NCBI GenBank assembly: GCA_963707635.1 | Contig: OY970173.1 | Location: 2,801,489-2,865,488, forward strand | Reading direction: 5' to 3' | Length of the DNA: 64,000 nt | Source: Candidatus Latescibacterota bacterium | GTDB taxonomy: Bacteria; Krumholzibacteriota; Krumholzibacteriia; WVZY01; JAKEHA01 | Shown: in pieces, positions 29,417-39,530 of the stretch | How the letters are laid out: each line of letters opens with the position of its first letter | Numbering within the stretch: position 1 is the first letter of the stretch | Notes under the pieces: generated by a model | Database searches by the model: none | What the model was told of the DNA's origin: nothing | The model's input: only the letters and a program-made list of their open reading frames with translations | Program-made: the position numbers and the translations under genes

Positions 29417-29513
29417 ATCGTGGAATAGACGCGGTTACCCCCAAATGATAGCAAGAAGTTCGCCGCGGGACAAACACCTTGAGCACCCGCCACGCCGTCG
29501 CGTCTCGGAACAT

Positions 29514-30341
29514 CTAGTCGCGATAGAGTGCCTTGACCCCTCCCCACGAACGCGGCTCGGTGGAAATAGGACCGAAGCCACACGCCGGCATCAGGCCCTG
29601 GGATGCGTACGGCCCCTGCTGCACCCACGGTGCGATAGAGTAAGATGGGGTAAGGCCAGGAAAGAAGTTCGTCGTGCACCCGGGAATATCGCAGAACTGG
29701 GGACCGGAATCGTACACCCAAGGGGCAGAGCCTGCGGGCACCAGTTGAATTGGTGGGAGCCCTTCTACGCCCGTGTCGAGAGTCTTCACCGTTGAGGGAG
29801 TGGTGACGTTGGTGAAGGTGAACCGCGGCTGGACGAAGAAAACGGAATCGAACGTGCCACCGTTCGCATGTGTCTTTCGGATGGTCATGTTTCCAGGCGG
29901 TGGCGCGATGCTCGAAAGATCGACCTCGAGCCACCATGGGTCCGGAAACTGCCCCCCGTTGTAGGTGACCGTAATCGGCTGCACGCTGACCAGGTGCAGC
30001 GCGACGATCTCGATCGGAACCACGTCCTGGCTACCGATCAAGGGTAGTTGAGCGTTGTCGAGCCGCCGGACAATCGTGTCCGTGCTCCCGAGGTTCCCGG
30101 CTCCACAAACGGGATGGGTCACCAGCGGAACGCCCTTGAGCTGCACATGCCCGGTGAAGGGGTCTGATCCCGGGCCGAAGAAGCCCACGGGGATCGTGTA
30201 CGGTCCAATGAAATTCTGATACGTCGGGGGGGAATCGGTCGCCAGGAAATCATTCCCAGCAATGACGTCCTGGGCCAGAGTCGGCACGGGGACCGCGACG
30301 AGTCCGAGAGCGACCAGCATTCGCAAGGTACGCATATCCAT
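29514..30341 (-). CDS. Secreted hypothetical protein
   Basis: Signal peptide (MDMRTLRMLVALGLVAVPVPTLAQD); Gly/Pro-rich; C-terminus ...RSWGGVKALYRD; directly upstream of ssrA on the same strand. Confidence 0.55.
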   Translation of the reverse strand: MDMRTLRMLVALGLVAVPVPTLAQDVIAGNDFLATDSPPTYQNFIGPYTIPVGFFGPGSDPFTGHVQLKGVPLVTHPVCGAGNLGSTDTIVRRLDNAQLPLIGSQDVVPIEIVALHLVSVQPITVTYNGGQFPDPWWLEVDLSSIAPPPGNMTIRKTHANGGTFDSVFFVQPRFTFTNVTTPSTVKTLDTGVEGLPPIQLVPAGSAPWVYDSGPQFCDIPGCTTNFFPGLTPSYSIAPWVQQGPYASQGLMPACGFGPISTEPRSWGGVKALYRD

Positions 30342-30469
30342 CACCTTCGATTTGGAGAAGACACGTGAGCGTGCGACTGACACCCCGTGGACTCAGGGGT
30401 GTCGAGAGGGTATTCCACAGTCTTGCAACCGTCAAGTCAATGGTGACGAGGGCCGCAAAGAGGCGCGGA

Positions 30470-32859
30470 CTACTTCAGCAATAGCATCTTACGTGCGAGC
30501 GTCGCTCCGCTCGCGTTGAGACGGTAAAAGTAGATCCCGCTTCCCACGCGCCGGCCTTCATTATCGACACCGTCCCATTCCGCGACATAGGTCCCGGCAC
30601 GGCGATGCGTGTCGAGTAGCGAACGGACGAGGGCGCCTCGCGCGTCGTAAATACGCAGCGAGACCGGGCCGTCGCGTTCCACGCCGTAAGAAATCCTGGT
30701 GGTGGGATTGAACGGATTGGGGACGTTCTGATCCAGGTGGGTGCGAGCCGGCGTTGTGCCGGCGCCCGTCACCGCGCCCGGCGTGAGCAGCCGCAAAGGC
30801 GCTCTCGTTGTCGTGCAAATCGAACGCGCTGACCTTGTAGTAGTAGCCGCTCGAGGGTGTCCACGCGGGATCGAGGAACGACTCCGACGCCGGCGTTGCG
30901 ATGCGATTACCCGCATCCGGGACAAAGCCCGCCGTGCTTCCCCGATACACGCCGTAATTCGCGAGATCGTGCTCGTCGTTTGGCTGCCACGACATCGAGA
31001 GTCCGGCAGGAGAATGTGATTGTGCACCCGCGAGATTCTGAGGCGCGGCCGGGGCAAGGTTATCGACCGAGTATCCGCTGTCTGGCGCGCTGTCGTAATA
31101 CACCGACGGCGTCGTGGTCTGCGCCATTACGAAGTACACGTTGTACGGAGTGACCGCAACCGTCTGGTCAGCCTGCGTAGGTGCGAGCACGATGTAGTCG
31201 CTCGACTGCTGCCGCGCGGGAGCGCTCGCGACCGATTCCCACAACGCTGCTGTGGACACCGCATCCAGCGAGGGCTCGCGCCAGATCCGGTGACCTTCCC
31301 ATTCGATAGCGCTCGACTTCCCTACCACGCCCTCGCTTTGGATCTGCGCAACGAGAGCTGCATTATCGATGCGCCGAAACACGTAGTACGTGAGCACACC
31401 CGGCGAAGCACTCGCGATGTCCTCTCCCGATCCCTGGAAGTAGACACGCACCCAGCCACCCTGATCTCCGGGCACATCGACGATGTTGTGAATCTCCGGC
31501 TTCTGGCGGCTGAATCGGGCGATGAAGATATCCTGGCCCGATGCTGTGAGATTGCTTCCCCCAAAATTGGTCGTACCGTTGACGTAGCCGGTCATGACGA
31601 CATTGTTCGCCGGGTCGGTGACGACCCGGTTGGCATGCTGATCAGACGCGTCACCGTACGTCGCGTTGAACAGAAGATTCCCGTCGTTGTCGAATCGAAC
31701 GAGAAAAATGTCGGTGCCACCGGCACTGGTGAGGGCTCCGGTTCCAAAATCCACGCTGCCCGCGTAGTAACCCGACCACGCCACCGCACCGCCGGCATCC
31801 ACCGCGGGCCCATTGGCGTTTTGCGCGCCGGCATCCCCGAAGCGTCTTGCTCCAGACATGATTGCCCGCGGCATCCAGCCTGGCGATGCAGATGTCGTTG
31901 CCACCTGCCGACGTCAGCCCGCCGCCGCCGAAATCCACCGTCCCCTGGAATGTTCCCGTGACGAAGACGTTACCCGCCGGATCGAATCCGATTCCATTTC
32001 CGATCTGGCTGCTGGCATCCCCGAAGCGCTTGCTCCACACGTGCACGCCCGCGCTCGTGAACCGCGCAACAAAGATGTCGTTGCTTCCTCCGCTGGTAAT
32101 GGTGCCACCACCGAAGTCGGCGCTGCCCGCCATGTTCCCCGCAATTCCAACGTCTCCGTCCGCACTAACTGCCACCCCGATCCCATTCTGGCCCCCAGTC
32201 GCTCCGAAGCGTTTGCTCCACAGATGATTTCCGGCGGGATCGAACTTCACCAGGAATATGTCGGCGCCGCCCCCGCTCGTGAGCGGCCCCCCACCGAAGT
32301 CCACGGTTCCATTCATCAATCCGGTCATGTAGATGTTGCCGCTGCCGTCGGTGGCGATGCCGTTTGGAATCTGGTCGGTCGCGTCGCCAAATTGCTTGCT
32401 CCACTGATGCGCGCCGGCGGAGTTGAATTTACCGACAAAAATGTCGGTCAAGCCGGCGGAACTGAGGGTCGAACCTCCCAGGTTCACGGATCCTGACACT
32501 TGCCCGGCCAGAACGACGTTGCCGGAAGGGTCACAGGCCAGTGCGGTGCCGTATTCGGACATTGTCGTGCTTTGGAAAAAGCCCACGCTGTAGAGATGGG
32601 TCCCGCCAGCGTTGAATTTGGCGAGATACGGTGCATCGTCCGTGCTTCCGACCGTGAAGTCCCCCCCGCCAAAATTGACCGTCCCCCGAAACATGCCCGT
32701 GATCCATACGTTGCCGCTCGGATCCACGGCAATTCCGCGGCCGTCCTGTGTGTTGACATCGCCAAAGATCTTGCTCCAGCTATGCTGGAGAGCCGGGGCA
32801 GCCTCGAGACGGACGGAATTGAGGAGAAGAAGCGAGAGGACGACGGGACGGATTCGCAT
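30470..32859 (-). pseudogene. Secreted beta-propeller (SBBP-like) repeat protein with fibronectin-III-like region and T9SS-type C-terminal domain; reading frame broken twice
   Basis: Three track ORFs (31651..32895, 30561..31904, 30470..31057) are consecutive parts of one protein: signal peptide MRIRPVVLSLLLLNSVRLEAAPA, ~8 repeats of the D-x-x-G-N-x-x-x-T-G...FGGG type, a YSVDNLAPAAP segment, and C-terminus ...NVPNPFNPTTRISY...IYDARGALVRSL...WDGVDNEGRRVGSGIYFYRL...RKMLLLK. Frame switches near 31845 and near 30790. Confidence 0.65.
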
Positions 32860-33112
32860 GGGAGGCGCCCTTTCTGCACAGGTGGTCTTGTGCAATACGG
32901 GCGCCTCAAAGAGTCGCCAACGACGCCCGAGAGGGATTAACTATATCACAGATACGCGCAGGTTGGCACTGCAGCTGCGGGCACCGTCAAGTCAATGGTG
33001 AAGAAGAAAGGCCACCGCCGGGCAGCCAGCCGGGCCCGCCGGTGGTGTGATAGAATGCGCACGCCAGCGCATGCCGCATTCCCACGACAGGTGATCCCAA
33101 AGGCCGTGACCC

Positions 33113-34255
33113 ATGACACACTCCCCCGACGCGAGCCGTTCTCTTCCCGTTCTCCGAGCTTTGATCGACGCGGTGGACCACGAGGTCCTCGAACTTCTAT
33201 CGCGGCGCAACGGACTGGTGGCCGAAATCGCCAGCTACAAGCGCCACCACCAGGTGGCCATCCGCGACCCGCGCCGCGAGAGCGAGATCATCGCCGACCG
33301 GCGCGCTCGATCTACGCCGCTGGGCCTCCAGCCCGACGTCGTCGAAAGCATCTACCGATTGATCCTGTGGGCGAGCCGCGACCGGCAGGCGTCGCTGCGC
33401 GCGCAGGTCCCGCTCGACGTGGAGACAAAGACCGTCGCGGTGATCGGCGGCCACGGGGCGATGGGGTCGTGCATGGCCGATCTCTTCGCCGACCTGGGCC
33501 ACGCGGTCATGATCGCCGACCTCGACACCGACCTCTCCCCCGAGGAAGCAGCCCGGGAAGCGGACGTGGTCGTGATCAGCGTCCCGATCGACGTCACGGC
33601 GGAGGTGATCCGGCGCCTCGGCCCGCTGGTCCGCAAGGACGCGCTCTTGATGGACGTCACGTCGGTGAAGACGACGCCGGTTCGCGCCATGCTCGAGGCG
33701 TCCAGGGCGGCGGTGGTCGGCACGCACCCCCTCTTCGGCCCGTCGGTGCATTCGCTCCAGGGGCAGCGCGTGGCACTCGTTCCCGGCCGCGGGGACGACT
33801 GGCTCGCATGGCTGCGGACGATGCTCGAGGCGAGGGGACTCAATGTGGTCGATACCACCGCGGAGGCGCACGACCGCGCCATGGCGGTGGTGCAGGTGCT
33901 GACCCATTTCACGACCGAGGTCATGGGCAGTACGCTGGCCGGTCTCGGCGTGCCGCTCGAGGAGACGTTGCGTTTCACCTCGCCGGTGTACCTGATGGAG
34001 CTGCTCATGACGGCCCGGCACTTCGCGCAGTCGCCTGACCTCTACGCATCCATCCAGATGTCCAACCCGGAGTCGGGCCGCATTGCCGATGCGTTCCTCG
34101 AGACGGCGCAGCGGCTGCGCGAGAACGTAGCCCGCCGCGACCACGCCGCCTTCGAGACGGTGTTCCGCGAGGTGCACGACTATTTCGGAGACTTCACGGA
34201 ACGGGCGCTCGCCCAGTCCTCGTTCCTGATCGACCGCCTGGTCGAACGGACGTGA
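33113..34255 (+). CDS. tyrA: Bifunctional chorismate mutase / prephenate dehydrogenase
   Basis: N-terminal chorismate-mutase-type helix (LRALIDAVDHEVLELLSRRNGLVAEIASYKR) followed by a Rossmann motif VAVIGGHGAMGS and prephenate-dehydrogenase-like remainder. Confidence 0.75.
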   Translation: MTHSPDASRSLPVLRALIDAVDHEVLELLSRRNGLVAEIASYKRHHQVAIRDPRRESEIIADRRARSTPLGLQPDVVESIYRLILWASRDRQASLRAQVPLDVETKTVAVIGGHGAMGSCMADLFADLGHAVMIADLDTDLSPEEAAREADVVVISVPIDVTAEVIRRLGPLVRKDALLMDVTSVKTTPVRAMLEASRAAVVGTHPLFGPSVHSLQGQRVALVPGRGDDWLAWLRTMLEARGLNVVDTTAEAHDRAMAVVQVLTHFTTEVMGSTLAGLGVPLEETLRFTSPVYLMELLMTARHFAQSPDLYASIQMSNPESGRIADAFLETAQRLRENVARRDHAAFETVFREVHDYFGDFTERALAQSSFLIDRLVERT

Positions 34256-34354
34256 GCACCTCCCAAAAAACTCGTGACGGATCCTGCCCCGGCACGTCTA
34301 ACCGGGAAACGGGCTCCATGCCCGAAAGCCAGCCACCGAACCGGAGGGCCTCCC

Positions 34355-35359
34355 ATGTTTCGACGTCTCGTGCTCCTGACCGTGCTGACCCTGATTGCCG
34401 GCTTCCGCCCGGCACAGGCCGACATCACGACGGGCCTCATCGCCCGCTACCCGTTTGACGGCAACGCCAACGATATCAGTGGAAACAACAATCACGGCTC
34501 GTTGGTGGGTGCGGTGGCGTCCACCACCGATCGTTTCGGGTTGCCCGACCGGGCCTATGCGTTCAACGGCCTGAATACCTATGTGCTGGTCCCTGCCTCG
34601 GCCAGCCTGAACTCGCCGACCACGGCTTGCACGCAGGCGGGATGGACGCTGCAATCCGGAGTGAGTAGTGTGGGATCGGGCTTCAATCCGCTCCTCATGA
34701 AGAGCAATAGCGGTGAGAATGCGTTCATGTACCGGATGATCACGAACCCCACCTACGTGGGCGCCGCATTCAACAACTGGAACACCGCCCAGAGCGCCGG
34801 GCAGGCGACACCGCTCAACGAGTGGCACCACTTCGCGACCGTGTTCAACGGCGCTACCGTCAGGTACTACTACGACGGCGCGTACATCGGGTCGCAGCCG
34901 ATGGTGATGACGATCACCCCGGACAACCGCCCGCTCACCATTGGCGCCGATGTGCCCGGTATTCTCGAGATCTTCAACGGCAAGATCGACGATGTGTCCA
35001 TCTACAGTCGTGCACTCACCGACGAGGACATCGTCGAGCTCTACAATCAGGCGACGCCGACTGCCGTGTCCCAATCGACGCCGCCGTTTTCGCTGGGCTA
35101 CAGCGTTCCCAATCCCAGCGGCGGCGAAAGCAGCGTGGAGTTCACCCTCGACTCGGAGCAGTTCGTCCAGCTCGACGTGTTCGATGTGGCCGGGCGCCGC
35201 GTGCGCGTCATGGAATCCGGAGTTCGTTCGGCCGGAGTCCATCGCGCGACGTGGGATGGGCGCCGGGACAACGGGAGCCATACGCCGTCGGGCGTCTATT
35301 TCTTTCGTCTCCACAGTGGAAACCACGTGCTGACGAGCCGAATCGTTCGGGTGCGGTAG
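34355..35359 (+). CDS. Secreted LamG / concanavalin-A-like lectin domain protein with T9SS-type C-terminal sorting domain
   Basis: Signal peptide (MFRRLVLLTVLTLIAGFRPAQA); LamG-like block (DGNANDISGNNNHGSLVG...WHHFATVFNG...GKIDDVSIYSRALTDEDI); C-terminus ...VPNPSGGESSVEF...VFDVAGRRVRVM...WDGRRDNGSHTPSGVYFFRL...SRIVRVR. Confidence 0.7.
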   Translation: MFRRLVLLTVLTLIAGFRPAQADITTGLIARYPFDGNANDISGNNNHGSLVGAVASTTDRFGLPDRAYAFNGLNTYVLVPASASLNSPTTACTQAGWTLQSGVSSVGSGFNPLLMKSNSGENAFMYRMITNPTYVGAAFNNWNTAQSAGQATPLNEWHHFATVFNGATVRYYYDGAYIGSQPMVMTITPDNRPLTIGADVPGILEIFNGKIDDVSIYSRALTDEDIVELYNQATPTAVSQSTPPFSLGYSVPNPSGGESSVEFTLDSEQFVQLDVFDVAGRRVRVMESGVRSAGVHRATWDGRRDNGSHTPSGVYFFRLHSGNHVLTSRIVRVR

Positions 35360-35376
35360 TTACGGCGGGGCAAAAA

Positions 35377-35406
35377 GAGAGGGCACCGGCTCGGCGGTGC
35401 CCTCTC
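35377..35406. terminator. Hairpin between the convergent genes 34355..35359 and 35429..36520
   Basis: gagagggcaccg-gctcgg-cggtgccctctc inverted repeat flanked by A/T-rich sequence. Confidence 0.45.
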
Positions 35407-35428
35407 GTGACAACGATGTCGGCAATGC

Positions 35429-36520
35429 CTATTTGCCGCCACCCTTCTTCCCCTGGTCGTGGGGAACGACCACCTCGACCCTGGTATCGGTAGCGTTGCC
35501 AGCGCTGTCCTCACAACGAACCAGAACCGTGTAGATGCGGGACGACCCGCCGCCAGAGCGCTCGGCGCGGAGCTCGAGGCCCGTGTCACCCGTGATCAGC
35601 CAGTCGGGTTCGGTGTTGCCGTCGCCCGTGCCATTGACCGGCTCGTTGCTGGTGACTCCGAGAATCTTGCACGTCGGCGTGGAATCGCACTCATCCTCGG
35701 CGTCCACCGCTATCCGGATGTTCCTCCACTTGTGGTTGGGCGGCCACAGGATTCCCGGTGTGGCAGTCACGCCGGTGATGACCGGCGGCTCCGTGTCCGT
35801 CCCGACGGTCACGGTGAACGCGCACGTCGAGGTATTCCCCAGCGAATCGACGGCCGTGCAGGTGACCGCCGTCTCTCCCACCGGGAACGTGCTGCCGGAG
35901 GGCGGGTCGCAGGTCACGACCGGCAGCGGATCGCAGTCATCGATCGCGGTCACGCTGAATTCGACGACCGCACCATCGGCGCCGGCACAGGCGATGGTGG
36001 TATCGGCCGCGCAAGTGATCTCGGGCGCGGTCACGTCGGGCTGAAACACCGGCGGGTCGGGCAGGAATGCCTGACTGCGCTGTGTTTCCAGCGCCGCCTT
36101 CCACGAAACCAGTAGCGACGAGAGCCCGGTCAGGTAGCCCTGCCGCGGTGTGGTGGCGGGATCGAAATCGGCCACCGTATCGAGCACCGCGGATCCAAGC
36201 GCGCCGTTGATGGCGCCTTCCCACTGTTGCAGAGCCGGCACGAGTTCGTCGAGGTATCCGGCGACCGTGGACTCGTCCGTCCATGCCGGCGTGTCATCCA
36301 GACCGGCTCCAAGCCAGGTCTCGATCGAATCCTCCCAGACCGGGAGGACGGGCGAAAGCTGAAAGAGGTAGATGTACTCTCCGCACCCGGCCTGCGCCCG
36401 GAATGCCCTGCTCTTGAATTGCTCTGGACCCGCGGGTGAACCTTCGTGGTTTCCGCATCCATAAATGACGAACGTGGCGACGAGCGCCGCCACGCCGAGG
36501 CGAATGTTGAGTTTGATCAT
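35429..36520 (-). CDS. Lipoprotein with HYR (hyalin-repeat) domain
   Basis: Signal peptide plus lipobox (MIKLNIRLGVAALVATFVIYGC); Cys-rich HYR-like block (PEITCAADTTIACAG...GETAVTCTAVDSLGNTSTCAFTVTV). Confidence 0.6.
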   Translation of the reverse strand: MIKLNIRLGVAALVATFVIYGCGNHEGSPAGPEQFKSRAFRAQAGCGEYIYLFQLSPVLPVWEDSIETWLGAGLDDTPAWTDESTVAGYLDELVPALQQWEGAINGALGSAVLDTVADFDPATTPRQGYLTGLSSLLVSWKAALETQRSQAFLPDPPVFQPDVTAPEITCAADTTIACAGADGAVVEFSVTAIDDCDPLPVVTCDPPSGSTFPVGETAVTCTAVDSLGNTSTCAFTVTVGTDTEPPVITGVTATPGILWPPNHKWRNIRIAVDAEDECDSTPTCKILGVTSNEPVNGTGDGNTEPDWLITGDTGLELRAERSGGGSSRIYTVLVRCEDSAGNATDTRVEVVVPHDQGKKGGGK

Positions 36521-36665
36521 GTGATGCCCCCGCGAGGATGCATGAAAGAGGCGGCCGTATGCCTCAAAATTAGAGCTCCATTATACCACTACAACCCCGG
36601 TCGCCGTCTACCTCCGTGCGCGGTGTGATAGAATCCCGGAGCGTGATCGATACCCACGCTCCAGC

Positions 36666-37286
36666 ATGCCTTCCCTCGCCGAGATTCTCGCCACGCCGGG
36701 TCCCAAGTGCCTCGACCGCGACTTCGAAGGCACCGTCGCCGACTTGTTTCCGGCCCGGCAACCGCTCGAGATCGAAATCGGAGCCGGCCGCGGCCGCTTC
36801 CTGCTCGAACGCGCCGCCGTCCATCGCGACCGCAACTTTCTCGGCCTGGACTACCGCTGGCGGTTCCTGCGCGAGGGGTTCGAGCGCGCGGAGGCGCGCG
36901 GGCTGGACAACCTTTGCTTCTTCAGGTCCGAGGCGAGCGAAATCATCGAGCACCTGGTCCCGGACGCAAGCGTTGCGATCTTCCACATCTACTTCCCCGA
37001 CCCGTGGCACAAGCGCAAGCACCACAAGCGCCGGCTGCTCACGCCGGATTTCTTCAAGCTGCTCCACCGGAGGCTGGAGCCGGGCGGACTCCTCGAGCTG
37101 GCGACGGACAACTTCGACTACATGGTGAGGTTCAAGCTGGCGCTGGTCGAGGCGGGAGACACGCTCTGGTCGGCGACGCGCGAGGCTCGAAACGAGAGAC
37201 TGATCGACCCGCACCTCAAGACCCACTACGAAGCGAAGTACATGCGCCAGGGCCGGGAGCTTTATTATATAGAGCTGCTCAAATGA
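36666..37286 (+). CDS. trmB: tRNA (guanine-N7)-methyltransferase
   Basis: SAM-binding LEIEIGAGRGRF and the TrmB signature FPDPWHKRKHHKRR. Confidence 0.8.
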   Translation: MPSLAEILATPGPKCLDRDFEGTVADLFPARQPLEIEIGAGRGRFLLERAAVHRDRNFLGLDYRWRFLREGFERAEARGLDNLCFFRSEASEIIEHLVPDASVAIFHIYFPDPWHKRKHHKRRLLTPDFFKLLHRRLEPGGLLELATDNFDYMVRFKLALVEAGDTLWSATREARNERLIDPHLKTHYEAKYMRQGRELYYIELLK

Positions 37287-37362
37287 CGGAGGATGCCGGC
37301 AGAAGCACCCATTGTATTCCTCTTTGAGCCTTCCGGAATGATCGCGCTATAATCCGCCCCGC

Positions 37363-38064
37363 ATGAAGAATCTCGACATCCACGCGCAGCCCGACGACAT
37401 GAGCTGCGGGGCCACCTGCCTGCACGCGATCTACCGCCACCACGGCGACCGGATCGCCCTGGACGACGTCGTACGCGACGTCGAGCGGCTCGAGGAGGGC
37501 GGGACCCTCGGCGTGTATCTCGGCACCCACGCGCTGCGCCGCGGCTACAAGGTGAGCCTCTACTCGTACAACCTCCAGGTCTTCGACCCGACCTGGCGCG
37601 CGCTCGGCCGCGACGAGCTGGTGGACCGGCTCGCGCGCCAGATGGCAGTCAAGCACCAGCGCAAACTCAAGATCGCGTCGCAGGCCTACATCGAGTTCAT
37701 GCGCCTGGGGGGAGAGATTCGCTTCGCGGAGCTTTCGCCCAAGCTGATCCGCCGCCACCTCACCGGCAACGTGCCCATGCTGGCCGGTTTGAGCTCCACG
37801 TATCTCTATCAGACCGCGCGCGAATACGGACCGCAGGGCGAGTACGACGACGTACGCGGTGTTCCCGGCGGGCATTTCGTGGTCCTGTTCGGCTACGACA
37901 ACGAGTCGCGCGACGTGCGCGTCGCCGACCCGTGGCAGCCCAATCCCGAGAAGGAGCGCTACTACGAGGTGGGAATCAACCGGCTCATCTGCGCGATCCT
38001 GCTCGGGGTACTCACCTACGACGCCAATCTGCTCGTCATATCGCCGAGCCGGAAGCGGGGCTGA
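37363..38064 (+). CDS. Papain-fold cysteine peptidase-like protein (C39-like / transglutaminase-like), first gene of the amidoligase operon
   Basis: Candidate catalytic Cys (DDMSCGATCL), His (GGHFVVLFGYD) and Asp (VRVADPW) in the order expected for a papain-fold peptidase; its stop lies 2 nt before the GTG start of the next gene. Confidence 0.5.
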   Translation: MKNLDIHAQPDDMSCGATCLHAIYRHHGDRIALDDVVRDVERLEEGGTLGVYLGTHALRRGYKVSLYSYNLQVFDPTWRALGRDELVDRLARQMAVKHQRKLKIASQAYIEFMRLGGEIRFAELSPKLIRRHLTGNVPMLAGLSSTYLYQTAREYGPQGEYDDVRGVPGGHFVVLFGYDNESRDVRVADPWQPNPEKERYYEVGINRLICAILLGVLTYDANLLVISPSRKRG

Positions 38065-38066
38065 CC

Positions 38067-39524
38067 GTGTCGCGCCTGTTCGTCGTCAATAATCCGAAGA
38101 ACTGGCCGCTCCACGTCCCTGGCGTGGAGGTGGTATCGGCGCGGAGCTACCTCACCGACTCGGCGTACAGCGAAATCGAGAACGCCAAGGTATTCAACCT
38201 GTGCCGGTCGTATCGATACATGAGCACCGGGTACTACGTCTCGCTCCTCGCCGAGGCCCGCGGCCATCGCGCCATCCCGAGCATCATGACGCTGCAGGAC
38301 ATGCGCCAGGACGCGATTTTCCGGATCCGCTCCGAGGACCTGGACGAGCTGATCCAGCGCGCCATGTCGCACCTCAAGGCGGAGCGCTACCAGTTGAGCA
38401 TCTACTTCGGCCGGCCGCTCGCGAAGCGCTATGAGCGCCTCGCGCAGCAGCTGTTCTCCTATTTTGAAGCGCCGCTACTGCGTGCGCACTTCGTCTATCG
38501 CAAGAAGTGGGAGCTGGACCAGATCGATCCGATCGCGGTCAAGGACATCCCCGACTGGCAGCGACCGTTCGTGGTCAACGCGGCCGGAGAGTACTTCCTC
38601 AAGCTCGAGCGCAGGCCGCGCCGGCACAAGACCTTCCGGTACGACCTCGCGATTCTCTACAACCCGGACGAGGCCGAGCCTCCCTCCGACCCGCGCTCGC
38701 TGCGGAAATTCTGCCGCGCCGCCGAACAGCTGGGCATGGATCCCGAGCTCATCACGCGCGACGACTACCGGCGTATCGCCGAGTTCGACGCGCTCTTCAT
38801 CCGCGAGACGACGGCGGTCAACCACCACACCTATCGGTTCGCGCGGCGCGCGGTCGCGGAGGGGCTGCCGGTCATCGACGACCCCGAATCGATTATTCGC
38901 TGCACCAACAAGGTCTACCTGGCGGAGATGTTCGACCGCTATCGCCTCGCCACGCCGAAGACGATGATCGTCCACCGCGAGAACGCGAGCCAGGTCGCGG
39001 AGACGCTGAATCTCCCCTGCATCGTGAAACAACCCGACAGCTCGTTCTCGCAGGGGGTGGTGAAGCTCAACACCCACAAGGAGCTCGACGACGAGATCGA
39101 GCGACGGCTGGAAAGCTCGGACCTCCTGATCGCGCAGGAGTTCATGCCGACCGACTTCGACTGGCGCATCGGCGTGCTGGAGGGCAAGGCGCTCTACGCC
39201 TGCCGGTATTTCATGGCGCACAAGCACTGGCAGATCCTGAAGCGCACCTCGCGCGGCCGGCTGCGGAGCGGGCGCGTGGAATCGATCGCGGTGCCGCGCG
39301 CGCCGCGCGACGTGATCCGGCTGGGCGTGGCCGCAGCCGGCGCGGTCGGCGACGGGCTCTACGGCGTCGACATCAAGCAGCGCGGCGACGAGTTCTACCT
39401 GATCGAGGTCAACGACAACCCGAGCATCGAGGCGGGCTACGAAGACAAGATCCTCGGCGACAAGCTCTATACCCGGATCATGAAGTCGCTCCTGCGACGG
39501 ATCGTCGAGCTAAAGGGAGCGTAA
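38067..39524 (+). CDS. RimK-like ATP-grasp ligase with N-terminal extension
   Basis: The C-terminal ~300 aa follow the RimK-type ATP-grasp pattern (LPVIDDPESIIRCTNKVYL..., PCIVKQPDSSFSQGV, DLLIAQEFMPTDFDWRIGVLEG, GVDIKQRGDEFYLIEVNDNPSIEAG); preceded by a ~180-aa N-terminal domain. GTG start at 38067. Confidence 0.7.
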   Translation: MSRLFVVNNPKNWPLHVPGVEVVSARSYLTDSAYSEIENAKVFNLCRSYRYMSTGYYVSLLAEARGHRAIPSIMTLQDMRQDAIFRIRSEDLDELIQRAMSHLKAERYQLSIYFGRPLAKRYERLAQQLFSYFEAPLLRAHFVYRKKWELDQIDPIAVKDIPDWQRPFVVNAAGEYFLKLERRPRRHKTFRYDLAILYNPDEAEPPSDPRSLRKFCRAAEQLGMDPELITRDDYRRIAEFDALFIRETTAVNHHTYRFARRAVAEGLPVIDDPESIIRCTNKVYLAEMFDRYRLATPKTMIVHRENASQVAETLNLPCIVKQPDSSFSQGVVKLNTHKELDDEIERRLESSDLLIAQEFMPTDFDWRIGVLEGKALYACRYFMAHKHWQILKRTSRGRLRSGRVESIAVPRAPRDVIRLGVAAAGAVGDGLYGVDIKQRGDEFYLIEVNDNPSIEAGYEDKILGDKLYTRIMKSLLRRIVELKGA

Positions 39525-39530
39525 CCGGGC

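Noticed and set aside
29292-29513. 73-aa minus-strand ORF ending ...SSADNNVALAA
   Set aside because: It is the reading of the tmRNA tag-coding region and upstream tmRNA body, not a protein gene; it is the internal tag frame of ssrA.
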